A stretch of DNA of 64,000 nucleotides from an uncultured delta proteobacterium (GTDB lineage Bacteria > Desulfobacterota > RBG-13-43-22), in NCBI GenBank assembly GCA_963790475.1, contig CAWBOS010000010.1, positions 1,654,961 to 1,718,960 on the forward strand, written 5' to 3'. The position numbers and the translations under genes are program-made. The notes below the pieces were generated by a model. It was not told where the DNA came from. It made no database searches and saw only the letters and a list, made by a program, of their open reading frames with translations. Positions 57,501 to 64,000 of the stretch are shown here, one piece after another; positions within the stretch are counted from its first letter, which is position 1; the number at the start of each line of letters is the position of its first letter.

Positions 57501-57918
57501 CATCTCCGGTGAACTGGTTGATGGTCCCCTCATACTGGTGAATCTCATCCATCAGTATCCGCAGGCACCCCTCCATGATCTGGTGCACTTCCTCCGGTTC
57601 GAGTTTCTCCGATAATGAGGTGAAACCAGCCACATCGGCAAACATCACCGTGACCAGCTTGCGTTCGCCTTCCAGGGCACTTCGGGTGGTCAGGATCTTA
57701 TCGGCTAAATGTTTAGGGGTGTAGGACTGGGGGTGGTCGTAGTTAATCGGGGAGGTTTCTTTGGGAGCTCGAAGATCTTGTCCGCAATCGCCACAGAACT
57801 CATCGTCGGGAAGGCATTCCGAGTTGCAATGCGGGCATACTCTCAAAAATTTTGCCCCACACTTTCTGCAAAACTTTTTTGTTTCCGGGTTTTCAGTTTG
57901 ACATTTGGGACAAATCAT
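54554..57918 (-). pseudogene. Zinc-ribbon / class III adenylate-guanylate cyclase / AAA(STAND) ATPase / TPR signalling protein split by a frameshift in a G6 run
   Basis: ORF 56344-57918 carries CPKCQ..CRKCG, RKLVTVMFADVAGFT and GEAGVGKSRL. ORF 54554-56470 continues in another frame with ..ETAPELSSLILNRAAGNPLFMEEL plus TPRs. The junction is at CCCCCC 56377-56382 (G6 on the coding strand). Confidence 0.7.
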
Positions 57919-58041
57919 ATTGCATCCCTCCTACCCCAAACCGGTCCACTGTGAAGACTCATCCTGCTTTGGCGATAGTCTTCCAATACTGTAAGCAGAA
58001 ATGGTCAAGCCAGCCATAGGGATTCATTGTGACCTGGTATA

Positions 58042-58926
58042 TTATGCTCCCATTACCTCTTGGACAATTTGGGCGAGATCCTGTGGCGGCAGCATGGGTT
58101 CAGGATTTTTACTGCCCAGTATGTTTTTAAGTCTCGCCTCAACATTATTACTGAAATCGTGTGGTAATATATAAAAACGTTCCTCTCTTATGGCCTCAAC
58201 GACCTGCCGACCTATTTCTTTTGGATCCATACCCCGTTCAATCCAAAGTCCATAGGCCTTTCTAAATAACTCTTCCTCCTTGGTTAACCCCGGAGGTGGC
58301 GGTACCGAATCGGGTCTAAGCCTCTCAGATGAATGCATGATATCTGTATTGACAGGGCCGGGGCACAAAACACTTACTTTGACTTTGCTCGCTCTATTCT
58401 TAAGTTCAAGGTGCATGGATTCTGACAAGGCCACAACCGCGTGTTTGCTTACCCCATAGGAGACATTCCAGGCGTTCATAACTATTCCAGCCGCGGATGC
58501 AGTATTCACGATATGTGCTTCATCCTCCTGTTCAAGCATTATTGGCATAAAGGTGTGGATGCCATTGATTACACCCATAAGATTGACCCCGAGAACCCAC
58601 CTCCAGGCCTCTAAAGGCTCCTCCCAGCTACTGCGTGCACCATAAGCAACACCGGCATTATTGCACAAAACATGAACTTTCCCGAAGGTATTATGTGCCT
58701 GTCTGGCCAGTTCCTCTACCTGTTCAGGATCAGAGACATCAGTGGGAATTCCAATTACATTAGCCCCAGAGTCCGTAAATGACTTCAAGGTGACATTAAG
58801 TCTATCTGCATCAATATCCGCTAAAACTGCTTTCATTCCTAATTTAACAAAATTTTCCACCATCCCCCGACCAATACCACTGGCCGCACCTGTCACTACA
58901 GCTACCCGGTCATTAAATTCTTTCAT
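58042..58926 (-). CDS. SDR-family oxidoreductase
   Basis: 294 aa with TGAASGIGRG, NNAG and YGVSK. Confidence 0.9.
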   Translation of the reverse strand: MKEFNDRVAVVTGAASGIGRGMVENFVKLGMKAVLADIDADRLNVTLKSFTDSGANVIGIPTDVSDPEQVEELARQAHNTFGKVHVLCNNAGVAYGARSSWEEPLEAWRWVLGVNLMGVINGIHTFMPIMLEQEDEAHIVNTASAAGIVMNAWNVSYGVSKHAVVALSESMHLELKNRASKVKVSVLCPGPVNTDIMHSSERLRPDSVPPPPGLTKEEELFRKAYGLWIERGMDPKEIGRQVVEAIREERFYILPHDFSNNVEARLKNILGSKNPEPMLPPQDLAQIVQEVMGA

Positions 58927-58990
58927 AAGGCCCCCTTTTTATATTTTTTGTCAAAAGTTAATGAACTAAAGATTCCCGATTCAGTTCCCC

Positions 58991-59134
58991 GGATTCCTAA
59001 TTTTGTTCCAATTAAGAGCCATTAGTTTTCTCTGTTCAGGGAAGGCCACCTCAATCTCTCGACCGCACTCTTTGCAGAATTTGGTTGAGTCAGGAAGGTG
59101 TGTTTGACACTTGGGACACTGCATCTTCTTGCCT
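58991..59134 (-). CDS. 47-codon zinc-ribbon ORF, probably the 5' stub of a cyclase-type signalling gene
   Basis: My translation is MQCPKCQTHLPDSTKFCKECGREIEVAFPEQRKLMALNWNK.... An AGGAGG RBS is present. It parallels the N-terminus of the 57918 gene (MICPKCQTENPETKKFCRKCG...ERKLVTVMFAD) and then decays. Confidence 0.45.
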
Positions 59135-59242
59135 CCTGTGGAGGTTAGACCGATTATCGGATGGCCATTATTAAGAGTCCTAAAATAAAATAAACATCAA
59201 CTCATAAGATTCGTTGGAAAAATAAAAGACTCTAATACAAGC

Positions 59243-60195
59243 TCACTTCAGACCCGCTTTGTGCAATGAATCAATATAATCATCGAATTCCGATTGATCT
59301 GGATAGGCATAAGCCACTGCTTCTGCATAGTTATCCAATGTGAACTTTGGATTTATTCTGAGGACTTCGGGAACTTCTGCCCGGGCCTCCCTCCCTCTGT
59401 TCATCAGGATGTAGGTTGAGGCCAGACCAACATGAGCGAAAATGTTATCAGGACTCCGCAGGATGGCCTCCTATAGCAGGTACCCAAATTTAAAAAGGCA
59501 CCGGCCGAACCGATGGGGTTGAGTCGGATTGCTTTTTGAAACATAGGAATGGCTTCCTTCAACCGGCCTGCCTCTAACAAACTCAGGGCATAGAGCCCAT
59601 TGGCTAATGCCCCGTTTGGATCAAGGGCTATAGCCCGTTCCCCTTCGGCAATTGCCTGGTCATACTCCCTTTTTTGGCTGTAAATAGAGCCCAACAAACT
59701 GTGGGCAAGGGATAGGGAATCATCTATCGCCAGGGCTTTTTGAGCCAATTCCATGGCCTTTTCTAAAGACTCCCGAGGGAGCTTCGTGGAGCCAGTAATT
59801 GCATCCATCCAGTAGACCCAACCCAAAAATAGATAACCATATGGATTCTCTGGCCACTTAGCCACAATCTCCTCTGCGATCCGCCGAGCCGTGTTGTTGT
59901 CCTCGATAGAAAAAAGTTGAAGGTAATGAGACGCTTCCAATCCCTTCAAGTAGCAATCGAGACCTTGCTTCCCCCTGAAATATTTTTCGTCCGCTTGGGC
60001 TTGTTCCCCTTCGGTCAGTTTCACTTGCATGGCCATTAGGATCTTCATCGTAACCTCATCCTGCAGGGCAAACAGGTCTTCCAGGTCACGATCGTAACGC
60101 TCGGCCCAAAGGTGATACCCGCTAAGGGCATCAATCAATTGGGCGGTAATCCGAACTCGGTCACCGGACTTCTGGTCACTCCCTGGGCCAGCATC
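59243..60195 (-). pseudogene. C-terminal remnant of a TolB-like/TPR signalling protein, frameshifted
   Basis: The frame upstream of the tracked ATG reads ..KSGDRVRITAQLIDALSGYHLWAERYDRDLEDLFALQDE. TPRs follow. After ..LNLGTCY the TPR-like sequence continues in another frame (..AHVGLASTYILMNRGREARAEVPEVLRINPKF...LHKAGLK*) to 59243. Confidence 0.6.
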
Positions 60196-62288
60196 AGTTG
60201 GGCAACAGCCATGGTCAATCCATACTGAATCTTTTGAGCATAATCGAGCGCCAGCTTTCCCTCATAAGACGCCTGATCGAGGTCTTTCCTGATAAAGGCG
60301 ATACGAGCCAGATGGATATGGTAAAAAGCCCGCTCCCCATTAGACAACTGTTCAACCCCGGACGACATCTTTCCCACCCACCCTTCGGCGCCTTTCAAAT
60401 CCAGCCGGTCTATCAAGCCCATGGCCGCGTGGATATAAAAAAACCCATCAGCAAAATGGGCACCTGTTTCTCTTGAGATTTTCAGCCCTTCATTGACCGC
60501 CGCGATCATTTCCCGGTGTAGTCCGGGAAAAAGGGTGTAATAGGCCTGAGCACTCCAAAAGATAATTGAACCGAACGGCTGGGCATAGGGGTAGCGCGAT
60601 AATTGCCGCAGGCGGTCCAGCATAGGCAACGCCTCCTGCACGCTGGTGTAGAACAGACGGTGAATGAATAGAGAAATTATCGCATGCACCTTGAAGGTAA
60701 TAGTCGGCGGTAATTCCGCGATCTCCAAAGCGCGCCCGGCCCAGGTCTCGGCCTCCGGATGGGAGATATCCCCCATTACTGAAGCCGTGATCAGGCCGGC
60801 TATGACGGAAGCCTCCATTTCTTCATTAGGAAATTGCCCGATAGGAGCCACAAGGTCAATTAGCACGTCATACCAGTGATCAAGGAGTTTATAATTATCA
60901 TCACTCAAAAAAATGGCATTGACCATGCCCGAGGCCGCCAATATGGCCCCGATAGTATCGCCCCCGGCCTGAAATCCGGCAAAGGTCTTCTCGAAGGTAA
61001 GCCGGGCCTGAGCCGGAGAAAAGGGCAGGATGCTCAATCCTTTCCAATAAGAAAGCCAGGGATTGGCCTCCAGCAGAGTTGCGGGCAGACTCTCCAGCCA
61101 TTCCTGCAGAGGATGATGCCGGCCCTGTTTAAGCATATCCGGGGCGTGAACCAGCACCAGTCCCGCCAAGGCTTTCCAATCGCCAATCTCCCGCAGCAGG
61201 GAAACCGCGGCCTCGGTCTGGCCATCCTGCTCAAGGAGAATGGCCGCCTGATGGAGCAAAGTCGATAGCGCTTCGGGGAAAAAAGTCTCCCGGGCGCGGG
61301 CCATCAGGAAATCCCTATACAAAGGATGAAACTGATAAACAGGCTCAGTGGAATAATGCCTTTCGGTAAAGTAATTATTTCTGCTGAGTCTCGATAGAAT
61401 CCTATCAGCATTAGAGAGGCCGGTAAGCTGTTCCGCTGCTTTTATGGTAATCTTAGGCAAAAAGGCGGTCTTGAGTAAAAAATCCTGGATCTCCTGATCT
61501 GTTTTATTGAAGAACTCATTCCCGAAATAATCGATGATCTCCTCCGGAGCCATCTTCCCAAACAAATGGGGCTCCACCCCCCTCTTCATGCTCTCCAGCA
61601 TCAAGACCAGGCCGGCGACCCAGCCGTCGGCGGCCTGGTGCAATTGCCTGATGACGTCTTTTGAAGGGATCTCTTGGGCTTTCAAAGGCACAATCCCGCT
61701 CGTCTCCTCCAAGGTTAAACGGAGGTCATTCCAGCCGACCGTTTTCACCAATCCATTGATCCTCAACTTGACCAAGGCGGGTGGCAGGTCATGGCGGCTT
61801 ATGATGAAGGCATTGATTCCGTCGGGTATCGCGCTGATCCCCTTATTGACCACCTCATGAAAATCGGATTCAGCCGGTACAGTCTGAAAATTATCCAGTA
61901 CCAGGACGGAAGGCGGCTTAAGCCGGTTGAAAAGGTTCTCAAAGAACCTCAAGGTAAAGGTGGATATGCCTTGCAAGTATTCGGGGGTTAAAAGGGGCAG
62001 GGGTTTTCTTCTTTGAGGGGCTGCCTTCTTTGCCGCCAACCCCAGGTAATTGAAAAAGGTAGCGAGATCCGCATCTCCTTCATCCACCTGGTACCAAAGG
62101 CAGGGAATCTTATAGGCTTCGAGGAAGCTGGCGACCAGAGTCGTCTTTCCGGAGCCGGCCGGGGCGGAAATCCAAGTCACCGGATATTTTCGTGTTTCAT
62201 CAAGTAAGCCAAACAGCCTTTCCCTGGGGAAAACTCCCCGGATTCTCGGGCGCGTGATTTTGGCTAAGGGAGCGGGTCTCTCCGGCAT
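60135..62288 (-). CDS. MalT-like STAND ATPase with TPR-like repeats, lacking a C-terminal output (LuxR HTH) domain
   Basis: 717 aa with an N-terminal ITRPRI...ISAPAGSGKTTLV..WYQVDEGD signature like MalT/LuxR-family regulators. The reading frame ends where the foreign TPR remnant begins (about 60195). Confidence 0.7.
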   Translation of the reverse strand: MPERPAPLAKITRPRIRGVFPRERLFGLLDETRKYPVTWISAPAGSGKTTLVASFLEAYKIPCLWYQVDEGDADLATFFNYLGLAAKKAAPQRRKPLPLLTPEYLQGISTFTLRFFENLFNRLKPPSVLVLDNFQTVPAESDFHEVVNKGISAIPDGINAFIISRHDLPPALVKLRINGLVKTVGWNDLRLTLEETSGIVPLKAQEIPSKDVIRQLHQAADGWVAGLVLMLESMKRGVEPHLFGKMAPEEIIDYFGNEFFNKTDQEIQDFLLKTAFLPKITIKAAEQLTGLSNADRILSRLSRNNYFTERHYSTEPVYQFHPLYRDFLMARARETFFPEALSTLLHQAAILLEQDGQTEAAVSLLREIGDWKALAGLVLVHAPDMLKQGRHHPLQEWLESLPATLLEANPWLSYWKGLSILPFSPAQARLTFEKTFAGFQAGGDTIGAILAASGMVNAIFLSDDNYKLLDHWYDVLIDLVAPIGQFPNEEMEASVIAGLITASVMGDISHPEAETWAGRALEIAELPPTITFKVHAIISLFIHRLFYTSVQEALPMLDRLRQLSRYPYAQPFGSIIFWSAQAYYTLFPGLHREMIAAVNEGLKISRETGAHFADGFFYIHAAMGLIDRLDLKGAEGWVGKMSSGVEQLSNGERAFYHIHLARIAFIRKDLDQASYEGKLALDYAQKIQYGLTMAVAQLMLAQGVTRSPVTEFGLPPN

Positions 62289-62471
62289 GGTCTCTCCACG
62301 ACTTGATATCTTTTTATTTCAAGTTACTCTGCCATAAACATTATTATATTTGGGTGCCACATTTAATAAGAGAGTACCGTTCGTCGTTTATCGTTCGGCG
62401 TTAGGCGAACCCCAATTTTAATGTTTTGTGGTGCCCGCCAGAATCGGGTATGAGGGTTTAATAGGCCAAAC

Positions 62472-62602
62472 AAAAAAACCCCACTTCAAGTCAGAAGTGG
62501 GGTTATATTATTTCTCTCATGGTTTGCCTCCCCAATAGGGTCCAATTCAAGAAAACAACAACACTTGATTTTAAAATATCAATTATTCTCTGGAATTGTC
62601 AA
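62472..62602 (-). promoter_or_regulatory. Compact unit of sigma70-like promoter, RBS, 5-codon ORF (MREII) and intrinsic terminator
   Basis: On the minus strand: TTGACA (62602-62597), a 17-nt spacer, ATATTT, GGGGAGG, 6 nt, then ATG AGA GAA ATA ATA TAA (62520-62503). The stop codon abuts a 9-bp stem CCCCACTTC/GAAGTGGGG, which is followed by U7. Confidence 0.5.
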
Positions 62603-62838
62603 GTTTTTTCTGCCTATTCTGTTAATAATCTTGACTTATTTCGGATATTGGGTTCAAGGCTTCTATGAATCGGCCAAGATTTGAGCGGGGCAAAAAGAAG
62701 GAAAGCTCTATATCAGGAAGCATAAAGGATGCAATTCCCATTGACGAAATCCACGGGAGACATTACTATCAAAACCTCGCCGAAAGCGAACAGGCTTCAT
62801 AGGAAAACGAATATCTTAAAAAAGGAAGGATTACAAAA

Positions 62839-64000
62839 GATGCTTAGACGTTCCACCATAACCTGGATATTTATTGCCGGGCTCATCCTCAGTCTGTTTT
62901 CGGTTTTATCAGTATCCGCCCAAACCAAAGAGGTTGCAGAAAAGGTTACGGCCAAAAATGATTACAGCCAGTCGTCCAACTGGTTGTGCCGGCCGGGAGG
63001 GCAGGATGCTTGCGCGGTTGATCAGGCCAGCACCATTATTGCAGCCGACGGCACCCTGACTCGGGAAGACTGGAAGGCCAACCCCGATCCGCCCATTGAC
63101 TGTTTTTACGTTTACCCTACGGTATCCAACGATCCGACTCCGAACAGTGATATGATCGCCGGACCGGAAGAAAAAAGCGTAATTCAGCAACAATTTGCCC
63201 GGTTCGGCTCACAATGCCGGGTCTATGCCCCGCTCTATCGCCAAGTCACTCTGACCGCTCTTCGGGCCGGAATGACGGGAAAACCGATGGCGGTGGATAT
63301 TAAGCTTCCCTATCAAGATGTTCTCGATGCCTGGAACTATTACCTTCAGCACGACAATAAAGGGAGGGGCGTGGTTTTAATCGGTCACTCTCAAGGTTCG
63401 GGGGTCCTCAACTACCTCATTCAAAATGATATTGAAGGCAAGCCCATTCAGTCTCAAATCATTTCCGCCCTGCTGCTCGGTTCTCGGGTTCAGGTCCCGC
63501 CAAACAAAGACGTGGGTGGCACATTTAAAAAGATGCCTCTGTGTCGCAAGACCGGCGAGATCGGATGTATTATTACCTATGCCTCATTTCGATCTACGGT
63601 CCCGCCGCCGGGAAACAGCCGATTTGCTAAAGGCCAGGGCGATACGGTGGCGGCCTGTACCAATCCGGCGGCCCTCGGCGGCGGCAGCGGCGACCTGCAT
63701 GCCTACCTGTCCTCCCGAGGCAGACCCGGTTCCCCTACGGAAACGTTCGCCTGGGTTACGCCCAAAAAGGAAATCCAGACGCCCTTTGTCAGTCTGCCCG
63801 GGATGCTCACCGGACAGTGTGTTTCCAATAAGCACGGATCGTATCTGGAAATTACCGTCCATGGCGACCCCAAGGATCCTCGGACTGATGATATTCCGGG
63901 AGATGTGGTGGTCGGAGGGCAGATTCAGGCCGATTGGGGCCTCCATTTGATCGATGTCAATCTGGCCATGGGCAATCTGATCGACATCGTAAAGCAGCAG
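62839..64000 (+). CDS. Secreted alpha/beta-hydrolase-like protein (DUF3089-like), 3' end beyond the window
   Basis: Absent from the ORF track because it has no stop. I read 387 open codons from the ATG (AAGGAAGGA RBS). It has a signal peptide (..LSVSAQT), DCFYVYPT, YAPLYRQ and a GHSQGS elbow. Confidence 0.8.

Noticed and set aside
62909-63950. ORFs 62909-63193 (minus), 63426-63950 (plus, other frame) and 63584-63946 (minus).
   Set aside because: All overlap the long open frame of the DUF3089-like gene, which carries the signal peptide and the GHSQG motif. They are off-frame artefacts of a GC-rich gene.

Overview
This is a 64-kb chromosomal segment of mixed composition: roughly 45-52% GC by eye, with AT-rich intergenic spacers and a few GC-rich genes. 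It probably comes from an anaerobic deltaproteobacterium-type (Desulfobacterota/Syntrophales-like) organism. That guess is an inference from a tungsten-type aldehyde:ferredoxin oxidoreductase, a UGA-containing HesB-like gene, many acyl-CoA genes and the characteristic intergenic palindromic repeats.

Housekeeping genes: metK-ahcY, gatC-gatA, an emrAB-type efflux pair and a GH13 amylase.

Acyl-CoA metabolism is over-represented. There are three AMP-forming CoA ligases (two are close paralogues), three acyl-CoA dehydrogenases (two adjacent, next to an AOR), a crotonase, a thiolase, a malonyl-CoA decarboxylase, a MarR regulator and several esterases and MBL-fold hydrolases.

Accessory and decaying content:
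- Four type II toxin-antitoxin cassettes (Phd with a decayed RelE, RHH-RelE, VapBC, MazEF) plus PIN and HepT remnants.
- A broken restriction-modification-like locus: a frameshifted Res helicase with a HEPN-like tail, and a methyltransferase-like fragment flanked by toxin-antitoxin cassettes.
- A full-length group II intron lying antisense in a truncated solute-binding-protein stub.
- A run of decayed signalling genes: a frameshifted cyclase-AAA-TPR gene, a truncated MalT-like STAND ATPase, a TPR remnant and a zinc-ribbon stub.
- At least three families of intergenic palindromic or MITE-like repeats.

I found no rRNA, tRNA or CRISPR array, and no intact multi-gene system that is clearly novel.

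Best leads:
1. An unannotated HesB-like selenoprotein gene (2177-2470).
2. The Res helicase with a HEPN-like C-terminus, inside the toxin-antitoxin-riddled R-M remnant (20.8-25.4 kb).
3. A 56-nt promoter/operator block shared by the marR operon and a distant ligase-ACAD operon.
4. A heptamer-built long hairpin in the gatC-gatA spacer.
5. A promoter, 5-codon ORF and terminator unit upstream of the MalT-like gene.

All calls come from reading the sequence and ORF translations by eye. No searches were run.
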